Assembly (NCBI RefSeq): GCF_006345805.1
Contig: NC_043007.1
Location: 11,594,001 to 11,658,000, forward strand
Source: Octopus sinensis
Taxonomy: Eukaryota
DNA: 64,000 bases
Reading direction: 5' to 3'
The notes beneath the pieces are model-generated. The model had not been told where the DNA came from. It did not search any database and saw only the letters and a list, made by a program, of their open reading frames with translations. Shown piece by piece: positions 12,713-23,784 of this stretch. How positions within the stretch are numbered: the stretch's first letter is position 1; each line of letters begins with the position of its first letter. Position numbers and translations under genes: made by a program.

Positions 12713-13504
12713 TCAGTAATTCACAATTTGGTGATCAGATTTCAGTCGGTTGTCAGTAGTGACCATTTGAGGTAAAATGATCAGTAGTGACCATTTGAAG
12801 GAGAGTCTGTCATATATTTGGCCCAAGGTATCACACAGTAGGACTGAACCTGAAACGAGGTGGTTAGGATATCATTCAACCACACCTGCCTCTATGTGGA
12901 TAGATTTTAATGGCATAAAAACTTGCATAGAAGAACCAAATTTTTTTCTACCAGCTTCTAAATCATTAATTAACCAGTTATCTCTTAAATAATTTCCCGT
13001 TGCTCACTTAAGCTTACTGCTTCAATATTTTCTCTTTTGAACCCTGTTCATTCATCCATTCATTCATACTTTAATAATTCACAATTTGGTGATCAGATTT
13101 CAGTCGGTTGTCAGTAGTGACCATTTGAGGTAAAATGATCAGTAGTGACCATTTGAAGGAGAGTCTGTCATATATTAGGCCCAAGGTATCACACAGTAGG
13201 ACTGAACCTGAAACAAGGTGGTTAGGATATCATTCAGCCACACCTGCCTCTATGTGGATAGCTTTTAATGACATAAAATCTTGCATAAAAGAACCAAATT
13301 TTTTTCTACCAGCTTCTAAATCATTAATTAACCAGTTATCTCTTAAATAATTTCCTGTCGCTCACTTCAGCTTACTGCTTCAATATTTTCTCTTTTGAAC
13401 CCTGTTCATCCATTCATTCATTCATCAATAATTCGTACTTCAGCAATTTACAATTTTGGTGATCAGATTTCAGTCGGTTGTCAGTAGTGACCATTTGAGG
13501 TAAA
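12713..13504 (+). repeat. Tandem duplication, 358-bp unit, about 2.2 copies
   Basis: ORFs at 12777 and 13135 are near-identical and 358 bp apart; the leading segment recurs a third time at about 13450-13504. Confidence 0.9.
13467..13499 (+). other. Candidate 33-nt microexon (xFQSVVSSDHLx), triplicated
   Basis: gatcag|ATTTCAGTCGGTTGTCAGTAGTGACCATTTGAG|gtaaa; open only in phase 2; identical copies at 12739-12771 and 13097-13129. Confidence 0.3.
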
Positions 13505-14087
13505 CAAAGAAAGAAAATAAACAAATAAACAGTGTTGTTTGAAATACCTGGTTGGTAAGGTAATCTGTGGCTTTTGTAATTGTTGACATTCTTTGAACTG
13601 AGAGATTTCTTTTGATCAGTTGATTAAAGAAGGAAAGACAGTCTTGAGACAAGTGTTTATCACAGTCAAGTGATAAAACCACCACCACCACCACCATCAC
13701 CTTTCCCAGATATACCTCATATGCAACTGGCAGGAGGGCTTACTTTCTTTCTTTCTTTCTTTTTTTTTTTTTCGGCTTTTGAGTGAAAATATTTCAGGCA
13801 GAGAGCCAATGCTAATCATTTCACATATAACAGCTCTTGAAAATAAGCTATAAAGTAACTAATTAGTCTGACACATTTCATGAAATAAATATAACGTAAT
13901 ATACACATGGTACAGGCATGGTTCCTGTGATTAAGAAGTTTGCTTCCCCAAAGCCAGATGGTTCCAGGTTCAGTCCCACCACGTGGAACCATGGGCAAGT
14001 GTCTTCTGCTATAGCTTCAGACCAAGTAAATTTGGTTGACAAGAAACTAAAAGAAGCCCATTGTGTGTTTGTGTGTGTGTATAACCA

Positions 14088-14124
14088 GCCCTATGAGCCA
14101 GGCATGGCTCGAGAAGAAACAAAC

Positions 14125-14168
<44 letters not shown>

Positions 14169-14474
14169 ATAAATCTCTAAGCGAGGTATAAACAGTAACA
14201 TGCTCTGTAATATAAGCGGGACCAGCCATCTGAATGTGGCTAGGGACAGGGCGGGTGGTGGGGTGTTACTGATGCATTTAGCCCCAGGCGGACTATTGTG
14301 AGTCTATAGTCGCCTGGGGCTAAATGCATCAGTAACACCCCCACCACCCCGCTGTCCCTAGCCACATTCAGATGGCTGGTCCGCTTATATTATATATATA
14401 TATATTATATATATATATATATATAATATTATGTATATGTTGTTTCTTCTCAAGCCATGCCTGGCTCATAGGGC
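14088..14474. repeat. Large nested inverted repeat (fold-back)
   Basis: Inner arms 14208-14296 / 14306-14392 are nearly perfect with a 9-nt loop; outer arms are (TA)n plus an inverted copy of the SINE C tail. Confidence 0.9.
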
Positions 14475-14735
14475 CGGTTTCCCGGTTTTCCTTGGTGTAT
14501 AGGTTCCCTACCTGGATGGGATGCCGGTCCGTCGCAAGTGAGCTGCAGATGAGGAGGAAAGAGTGAGAGAAAGCTGTGGTGAAAGAGTCAGCAGAGTTCG
14601 CCATTCTTTCTGCCGGAGCCGCGTGAAGCTTAGGTGTTTCGCTCATAAACACACACATCGCCCAGTCTGAGATTCAAACCCACGATCCCTTGACCACAAG
14701 TCTGCTGCTCTAACCACTAGGCCATGTTCCTCCAC
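14440..14735 (-). mobile_element. SINE family C
   Basis: Reverse-complement homologue of 7958-8275. Confidence 0.75.
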
Positions 14736-15054
14736 ACACATACACACATATATATATATATATGTAAAATGAGATGTCAGTGTTATTTTCATTTTTGCGT
14801 AATTTAGATGACACTTTATTCACCGCACCCTGTATATATTAAATATATATTATGTACATTTATTCATGTGTGTGGGTGGGTCTCCTACCATTGCCTGACA
14901 ACTGGTGTTAGTGTGTTTACATTCCCATATCTTAATGGTTTGACAAAGGTGATTGATGGACTAAGTACTGATAGAATTCTTCAAGACAGTGCCCCAACAT
15001 AGCTGATGTCTTATGGATGTAGCAACTAAAAGATAAAAGGCACATATAATAATA

Positions 15055-15433
15055 CAAGCAGTATCGCCCAGCGTTGCTCGGGTTTGTTTCGACCCTTTAG
15101 AATTGGAATTTTTGAAAAGTAAAAATTTTGCATTATGTAGCTTGTTATTCTCTTTAAGTGAACATTTTCCTGGTTGACATACACCGAAAATTGGCAACAC
15201 AATCGTAAAAAATAGGGATTTTCATAGAAAAAAAGCACTTTTTTGATGTAAATAATTTTTGGTGTTAACATGGTCCGATTTGAATTTTTTCTTCTACGGA
15301 AGGAAGAGCAAGCCTTCTTCTATCATACTCTCAATTTTGGTCAACTTGCGCTGCAGGGTCTCGGAGGAGATAGTGTTAGTTGAAGGCTACCAAACCTGCC
15401 ATACACAGACAACTTCAGCTTTATATATATAGA
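15055..15433 (-). mobile_element. Non-autonomous Helitron (copy 2)
   Basis: Reverse complement of 6668-7060 with few differences; terminus CTTG instead of CTAG. Confidence 0.85.
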
Positions 15434-15442
15434 AATATAAAT

Positions 15443-15481
<39 letters not shown>

Positions 15482-16734
15482 ATATGTGTAGTTTAATGGA
15501 TGATGGAATTAATAGGGCTTGATTATGTCCCTTTACAGTTTCTGAGTTGAAATCCCTCTGAAGTTCACTTCAGTTTTCCTTCAACAAGTAAAGTATAGGA
15601 CATCACTGTAAATTGACTGTTGTGTATATTTTTATACCTTAGGGCACAAAGAAGTGCTGCTCGTGACCTATCTCTTTTAGTAATATGAATAGCAAAAAGA
15701 CCTACATAATTTGTGTGTATATATGTATATCCGTGCATGCTGTAGTCTGCCTGTGTGTGCATATTTCTGTCTGTCTGTCTGTATCTCTGCTTGTATGTCT
15801 GCTTATGTCTGGGAAATCTTTCTACGAGGAAGAGTGAAGCGTTGTTGTCTTGTATACTTTCACTGTTTTGCTTACAGGCTAAATTTGTGAAATTCAAGTT
15901 ACAATGGTCTTCTTTCTGTATTTAAACTCATGCTGGGTTGTTTGTTATTTAATCATTTAGTAACATAACTGTGTCAGTGATCATGGGTACTAAAATAGAT
16001 TTTTTAGTAGACAATAAATAAAGGAAAAGGACAGGATATCTGTCATAAAGTACTTTGGTATAATGGGCCAATTTTTCCACTTTAGTGCTTACATATCAGG
16101 TGCTGATTAAGAAGTCTGCTTCCCAAACACATGGTTACAAGTTCAGTCCCACTGTGTGGTACCTTGGGCAAGTGTCCTCTTCTATAGCTCCAAGTTAACC
16201 AAAGCATTGTGGGTTCATTTGGGACATGTTGAGTGCCTCTTTCTTTTGTTTGTCCACTCACCTGGATTTATATATATATATGTATGTATATGAGGATGCA
16301 TGATCTCATGGTTAGGGTGTTACACTCATGATCATGAACTCATGGTTTCAATTCCTAGACCGGGTGGTGCATTGTGTTCTTGAGCAAGGCACTTCATCTC
16401 AGTGGGTGCATTTGGGACATGGAAACTGAAAGAAGCCCATAATTGCGTGTGTGTGTATGTGAGTGTGTGTGTGTGTCTATCTGTCTGTCCTTGTGTTGAC
16501 ATTGTGTGATAGCTGTAAATGAGTGTCACCATCATACAAGCAGTGTTGTTCATTTCCGATATTGTGCATAAAAAATGTCTGGCCATAGGGAAATATTAAT
16601 TTGCTTAGAAATAGGTCAGTGTTAGTGACAGGAAGGGCATCTGGCCTTAGAAAATTTACCACAGTAAACTCCATCTGACCCAGGAAAATATGGAAAGGCA
16701 GACATTAAAACGATATGGATTTATTATTGTTCTC

Positions 16735-17731
16735 CATAGCTGTTGTAGGAACTTTCATAAGCTGATGATTTGGTCTCTTGGTCTTTATAACGGAGTCTGT
16801 GAAGGACTTATAAAAGAAATTCCTGGCTTAAAAGCAAAACCTAGAATTGAGAGCTTCAGGGTAAACTTAGTGAAGACCAAAGTTTTAGTAATAGACATTT
16901 CCCTAAGGGAAACGGCGGTGCTCAATATGCTGAAGAAAATGTATGTAGGAATTCTATATGATGTACACAAGAAGGGTACTGGCTCCTTTGGGAAGCTAGC
17001 AGTAAATGAAGGCTCTGTATGTGGTAGGTGTACAAGAGTTTTTAGCTGAACACTCATTTAAGAACAGTCATTACAGAAATTCCTTTCAATGTCTGGAAAT
17101 CTTTCTAGAAGAAATTGATAGCTTCTGTTACCAGGGCAACCTAATTGGTAGTAGAGTTAGATGCTCTGAAAGCATTATAGAATAAGGACAAAGATGGCAA
17201 AAATGTATGTAGATGTTACTTTTGCTGGCAAGAAGGGGGTTCTCCCTTGAGGAAAAGGGTTGACTGTATGTTGGTTGTGTATGAAGTTTAATGCTGCATG
17301 AAGATGAGATGCGGACAGTGAATGCAGAGAATGTGTGGAGGCTGGAAAGCAAGGAGGCAAGCATGCTCCACTGGATGTGTCTATAATGTTAGTGAAAATG
17401 ACCAATGTGGTTTATCTCTTCTGAGATGAGCTGAGAGATAAACAAAGTATAAAAGGAACCAGTTGTAGTGTGCAAGAATAAAAGCTTCGTTGGTTTGGAC
17501 ATGTGATGCGTATGAAGGATGCCAGATGGGTAAATAAATGCCAAGAGGTTTCAGTGGCAGGAAGAGTGGAAATGAAAACCAAGGAACTCATGGGCAGAAA
17601 TGGTAAAAGTTGATCTCAGGATGTTGAACCTCAGAAAAGAGATGAGAAAACAATGTAACAAATAGCATGAAGGTGTGTTAGAAAGGATCCATGAAACCCA
17701 TGCTAACCTACAAAAATGGACGTAAAAATGA
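16735..17731 (+). pseudogene. Decayed RTE-clade LINE: reverse transcriptase C-terminal part and 3' end
   Basis: Frameshifted peptides such as FRVNLVKTKVLV, VCGRC, LEEIDSFCY, KGLTV/KGRLY-like, RRLESKEASMLHWMC and LRWFGHVMRMKD are typical of RTE-type ORFs; the tail acccatgcta..tggacgtaaaaatgat follows. Confidence 0.8.
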
Positions 17732-17762
17732 TATCTGTCTGTGTGTGTGTATATATATATAT

Positions 17763-17920
17763 GCATAGGAGTGGCTGTGTGGTAAGTAGCTTGCTTACGA
17801 ACCACATATTTCCGGGTTCAGTCCCACTGCCTGGCACTTTGGGCAAGTGTCTTCTACCTATAGCCTCGGGCCAACCAAAGCCTTGTGAGTGGATTTGGTA
17901 GACGGAAACTGAAAGAAGTC

Positions 17921-17978
<58 letters not shown>

Positions 17979-18194
17979 GTGTGTGTGTTCGTGTGTCTGT
18001 GTTTGTCCCCCCTCCAACATCGCTTGACAACCGATGCTGGTGTGTTTACGTCCCCGTAACTTAGCGGTTTGGCAAAAGAGACCGATAGAATAAGTACTAG
18101 GCTTACAAAGAATAAGTCCTGGGGTCGATTTGCTCGACTAAAGGCATTGCTCCAGCATGGCCACAGTCACATGACTGAAGCAAGTAAAAGAGTA
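17763..18194 (+). mobile_element. SINE family A, full length
   Basis: Head, microsatellite and tail present. Confidence 0.9.
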
Positions 18195-18220
18195 TATATA
18201 TGTACACACACACACATATA

Positions 18221-18437
18221 CAGGGTGTCCATAAATTACCTTTCAGAAAAAAATGCGAAAGAAGGATTATTCAACAGAGTTTATTGGAGAACATAGGCAA
18301 ACAAATGAATTTTTATTAGAAACATCAGAACACTTCAAGTTGGGCTCCAATGGTTGCAAAAAAGTTGATTGATGGATCTTGACTTTAATAGATACAGTAA
18401 ATTGTGGAAGTTGTAAAGGTAATTTATGAACACCCTG
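18221..18437. mobile_element. Tc1/mariner-type MITE
   Basis: TA on both sides; 23-bp TIRs CAGGGTGTCCATAAATTACCTTT / AAAGGTAATTTATGAACACCCTG (one mismatch). Confidence 0.9.
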
Positions 18438-18569
18438 TACATATATACCATATGTGTGTGTGTATGTTAGGCTATGAGTATATGAAAACAATATAGGAGG
18501 GAAGTTTTAACAAATGTATTGGTTCAACACTTAGAAAGAAGTGTGTTTATCTACACATAAATACATACC

Positions 18570-18609
<40 letters not shown>

Positions 18610-19030
18610 TATATGTGTACATCACATATCTACACATACTTGCATACACACACACAAACATGATGAACTTCTGTAAAGTATTTATGACCAAATTTCACTC
18701 ACAAATGTTGGTTCAAACTGTGAATCACATTGTCTGTGATTGTGTGATAGACATTTTGGGCAAGTATCTTTTACACAATATACAACCATGTGAGTGAATA
18801 ATATATATATATATGTATTTGTGTGTGTGTATATCCCTGTTACTTAGCAGTTCAGCAAAAGAAACAGGTAGAATAAGTACTAAGTTTACAAAGAACAAGT
18901 CTTAGGGTTGATTTGTTCGGCTAAAGGCAGTGCTCCAGCATGGCCACAGTCAAATGACTGAAACGAATAAAAGAATATATATATATATATAGGGTATGAG
19001 TAAGTATTTCATTTATTTCTTTGCCGCATC

Positions 19031-19083
19031 TATCACTGTCGAAGAGAAGGTTCTTATGAACTAACCCTGAAATCGATCTGATA
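19031..19083 (+). ncRNA. Minimal type I hammerhead ribozyme motif (degenerate) in a (TA)n-flanked insert of about 245 bp
   Basis: Helix I TATCA/TGATA; core CTGTCGA (A6 replaced by T); imperfect helix II; GAAA, palindromic loop TCGA, cleavage triplet ATC. Confidence 0.6.
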
Positions 19084-20431
19084 TGGTAATAATTAAATTT
19101 TTTAGAAATTTCTGTCGACCTTTTTCGAGTAACATGCTTATTGTGATAAATTATATGGGTATGGACAATATGTCTAGTTTTGGCATATTTGGCATTCGAA
19201 ATTTTTTTAGTTTGCCCTCATTTATAAGTTGTTTATATATATATATATACATATATACATATCTATCTATCAATATATATATAACACTATGATGTTTGGA
19301 GTGTTTGATTTTTATCACTCTCAGTACATGTTTTGGGGACACAGCAAGCCAATGGTTGTTCTGTGTGTTCACCATCTGTTTGTATTGGAACTTCTAGCAT
19401 GAATGCCAAACAGTACAACATATCGTTTCCAAATTTCTGGTAGAGTGAATTGTGTCATGGTGCTGTTTTTCTCACTGATGGTGCCCAACTGACCCTACTA
19501 TACTGTGTAGTTGACAAATCATGGGCATGCATGAAATTGAAAATATAAACTGGTGACAATTTACCCATCGCATTCTTGTATATGTATATATGGTTTGTAG
19601 ATTCTTGATAATAACAGCATTTACAAGCTAGAATGAGTTTTGAATTAAGTTGAATTTTTCATAATGCATTCATTGTTTTAGAATTTTTGGATAATATTTC
19701 CTGTAAATATTTTTCCATTTTTAACGATTAATTAATAAAATATTGGTTCTGTTTGATAAGGAAATGAAGAAAAAACTGAAAAAGCAAACATTGGAAACAA
19801 AAAAAAAAAGAAAATAACAAAAATAAAAAAATAATAAAAGCAAAAATAAATAAATAAATAAATAAATGAAATAAAAATAAAATGCCAATCTCTCTTATTT
19901 ATCTGTTTATTTTATTCAATGTTGGTAAACAATAACAAATCTGAACTATTATCGTAATAGAATTGTCTGGCTAAACTATGAAGTTTGAAGGAAAATAAAT
20001 TCCCCTCAAACAATGTACCTGTCAATAATTGTGGCTTAGAAAGGAACAGCGTTGCATGAAATGCTGAGCCAATATATCAATAACACTGCTCGGAAAGTAT
20101 AGACTTCTTGGAGAATGTACTGGCTTATATCTAGTCTGCTGTATAGATTCTAAAAGAAGGCGTATGCAAATAGAAGGGGTGTATGCTGACTCGACTGTAT
20201 GTGTGTATGTATATGTATGTGTGTGTGTGTGTGTGTGTGTTTTATTACTTTTATGTATTTATTGACACCATAGGTGTAATATGTTTATTTTCAGCATATA
20301 ACTAGAACTGCCATTATTTGATGCAGCTATCAATCTGTCTTTGGTCTATGATATACATGCATACATATATATATACATTACACACACACACACACACACC
20401 ACACATATATATATATATATAAATAAATTAA

Positions 20432-20464
<33 letters not shown>

Positions 20465-20510
20465 ATATATATATATATATATATGTAAATAATATATATA
20501 TTAAATAAAT

Positions 20511-20548
<38 letters not shown>

Positions 20549-20659
20549 AATATATATATATGTAAATCAATTAAATATATGTATATATATATAAGTAAAT
20601 AATTAAATATGTGTGTTATATATATATATATATATATATATCATCGTCGTCGTCATCAG

Positions 20660-20880
20660 CATCATTATCATCATTTAATGCCAGTTTTTTCCATGCTGGC
20701 ATAAATCGGATGATTCAACTGGAGCAGGCGAGTCGGAAGACTGCACCAAGTTGTGTTGTCTGTTTTGGCATGGTTTCTACGGCAGGATGCCCTTCGTAAT
20801 GCCAACCACTTTACTGATTGTACAGGATGCTTTTTTTTTTTAGTGGCACCAGCACCAGTGAAGTCACCAAGTAACTTGTA
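20660..20880 (-). mobile_element. SINE-like family E with RTE-type tail
   Basis: Reverse complement has gtggttggcattacgaagggcatcctgccgtagaaacc..gcatggaaaaa..ttaaatgatgat. Confidence 0.7.
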
Positions 20881-21147
20881 TGACAAGACTGCTCAGCAGA
20901 GGGAGAAAGTAGTGGTGAGGGATAGAAAAAGGTGTCATGCATTAGAGGGGAAACACAGCTACTTCAGATGAAGATGTGATGAGGAGGGAGAAGGAAGGAT
21001 GTTCACCCAAGTTATATATATATATATATATATACTACTAATATAGGATAAAATATATACTACAAATATAGGATAAAATTTTTTCAGAAAAAATTTCATC
21101 AAAAGTGGCAGCATATTAAAATACCTATAAAGGTTTAAATTATAAAC

Positions 21148-21394
21148 AACTTATAAACAAGGGCAATAGAAAAATTCATTCAATGCCAATATGCTGAGAA
21201 TAGACTTTAAATCATCAATTTCCACATTATAATATATATTTCTCTATAGATACATGTCATGCTGATTTTCCTCGATTTCAGCATGATCTGTATCTATAGT
21301 GAATGCATATTATAATGTGGAAATTGACGATTTAAAGTCTATTCTCAGCATATTGGCATTGAATTAATTTTTCTATTGGCCTTGTTTATAAGTT
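21148..21394. repeat. Fold-back element between (TA)n tracts
   Basis: Arms of about 117 bp (21148-21265 / 21278-21394), 12-nt loop. Confidence 0.9.
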
Positions 21395-21425
21395 ATATCT
21401 ATCTACCTATCTATATATATATATA

Positions 21426-21798
21426 TATGCCCCAATGTTAGACTATTTTCCTTAGGCAATGCACAACGATCACTTATAAGCTTTAAGCTTATAAAATATC
21501 ATTTTATAAGACTTTTAAAATCAACACCGCATACCAGATAATTGCATAAAATGCGCATGTGGATTGTTTATAAAACAACACCATGAAATTATAGTTCTTA
21601 AATCTGATGGAAAGAAGCGAGGGGTATGTTGGTGTAATGGTAGCATACTTGTTGCAAAAACATAGAGGTGTGGGTCCAAGTCCCATATGTATGGACAACC
21701 CTACTTATTTCTATCAAAGGCTTCTATGCCTCAGTATTACACTATTTTCCTTAGTCAATGCATGATGATTACTTATAAGCTTTAAGCTTATAAAATAC
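21426..21798 (+). mobile_element. (TA)n-flanked element with about 73-bp direct terminal repeats and an internal tRNA-like segment
   Basis: Repeats at 21426-21498 and 21725-21798; tRNA-like 21621-21690 (TGGTGTAATGG; GGTCCAAGTCC). Confidence 0.65.
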
Positions 21799-21876
21799 TA
21801 TATGTATATAGATATATATAGTTCCATTTATATATTTGCTTTGCAAGATTTTTCATAAAATCGTGTGTTGAAACAG

Positions 21877-22022
21877 ATATTGTTGTATTTAGGAATGCTC
21901 ATTTTGCCAGTTTAGCCAATAAAACCACAATAATAACGCTGAAGCAAAGTAACACCAATATATAGTGCCTGTGTTTTTATTGGCTAAACTGGCAAAATGA
22001 CCATTCCTAAATACAACAATAT
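21877..22022. repeat. Fold-back element
   Basis: Arms of about 53 bp (21877-21929 / 21970-22022), flanked by short (TA)n. Confidence 0.9.
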
Positions 22023-22459
22023 ATATAGTTCTTTTACAGTTTTCGGTCATTCACCTGCAGAGCCCTCACAGGTTTAGGTAACCAAGTTGTTCCCTAGTTC
22101 TTATCTTATTATTACTTGCCAAATCTGGAGACAGGGTCTATGTCCATGAACTTTGCAGTTCTTCCAAGACCAGTGATCTTGGTACCATTAAAGGTCTGTT
22201 TGAACAGCTGTCATTCATCACCGGCAAGAAAGACATGAGCAAGGAGAAGATTCCGAAGGAATGATGTTCTAAAGAAGGCTTGTGAATAGGGTTAGTGCAG
22301 GGGCTTGTGGGCTGGAACCTACAAGAGTAACATGAGATGAAGAGGGTAGAGGAGATGCACTGGAAAGGAGGAATTTAAAAAGTAATGAGGACGGACTGTT
22401 GGAGTTGCTGATATAGGCATAATTCAGACAGAGGGATGAGCTGGACCAATGTAGCTTCT

Positions 22460-22790
22460 TGTCTTCTTGTCTTGAGACAGCATTCACCCGGGGTGGGTTG
22501 AGCTGGCTTCATTCATCCTCAATGCTGCATCTCTCACTAACGCAGACCAGACCTGGCAATTTGAGGCTAACGACCACGTGATCTCCAACCAGCCCTTATT
22601 CCAGCGGCGAACGCCGTAGATATGGGGGCCTAGGTTGGGTTCCAGATCAGTCTTGACTGTCATCAGCCAGGTTTTCGCTGTCCACCACACCGCTTCTTGT
22701 ACATAAGCCTTGTGGGAGAACGAAGGTGGGCCAATCAGGGTGGGAATGAGCAATAGGGTAATCAGAAGAGGGTTCAAAACCTTCAAAGGC
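22460..22790 (-). mobile_element. 3' fragment of a second RTE-like LINE family
   Basis: Peptide KTWLMTVKTDLEP..GVRRWNKGWLE..VWSALVRDA..STHPG* followed by a short caagacaagaagacaag tandem tail; homologous end at 57940-58270. Confidence 0.7.
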
Positions 22791-23539
22791 AGGGCTAAGG
22801 TGAGGACGGGTAACAGCAAGATATATGGTGTGTTCTTTATAAATGTGAACTGTTGAAGTAGCTTAATGTATTATATGCTAAGGTAGACTGTTCAGATTAT
22901 GTTCTGATAAGTTCCTACTATACATAACAGTTTAGATTACCATATATAATCTAAATTATATATAGTATAATTTAGATTATGCTAAATTATAGTAGATGAT
23001 ATTTTCCCTGGGTAGCCAAATTATATTGGAACTTCTCTGATAATAAAGCTGTCAACATCAAAACATCTGTATGAAGATTCTCAATTATTTTTCTGTTTAC
23101 ATAAAAGAACAATAGAATGTTTTCGCATTGTCTGTAATCTCCACAACATCTTTCAAAATAAATAACTGTAGATTTATCTACGTCAGAAATATTTCAGGTA
23201 CACTGGATCATGTTGTGTTCTGTCTGGGGAAAGTCATTTTCTTTTTGTGCCTTATGATTTAACACACTCACCATTAAAAGTTCCGCTTGTTCCTTATTTT
23301 TATTTTCCGAAAAATTTTCGTTGCGGCGTCTTGCAACCTTTTCAACAGTCTTGACTCTGTCCGTTATTTACACTGTGTTCCTTTTTGCTTGTTTGTGCAC
23401 ATGTGTGTGGGTCAGTGTGTGTGTGTGTGTGCACCTGTGCATGCATGCATGCATGTATGTATGTATGGCTGTGTGTATGTATCTATGTGTGTGTATGCAT
23501 ATGTATATATGTATGTATATGTATGTATGTATATATATA

Positions 23540-23770
23540 TAAGCACCATCCGTTCGTGGGCCGTTTTGCCAGCTCTGTCTGGCACCTTGTGCGGGTGGCA
23601 CGTAAAAAGCACCCACTACTCACGGAGTGGTTGGCATTAGGAAGGGCATCCAGCCGTAGAACACTGCCAGATCTGACTGGGCTTGATGAAGCCTTCCAGC
23701 TACACGACCCCAGTTGAACCGTCCAACCCATGCTAGCATGGAGAACACGCTAAATGATGATGATGATGAT
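23540..23770 (+). mobile_element. SINE-like family E
   Basis: ggcacgtaaaaagcacccact..aggaagggcatccagccgtagaa..ccaacccatgctagcatgga..(GAT)n. Confidence 0.8.
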
Positions 23771-23784
23771 GTATGTATATATTT

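Noticed and set aside
15643-15679. Candidate exon AQRSAARDLSLL
   Set aside because: Lengths of 20 or 37 nt with weak donors; insufficient support.
21621-21690. Functional tRNA gene (also the SINE heads)
   Set aside because: Stems do not close into a cloverleaf and the B box is degenerate; treated as tRNA-derived.
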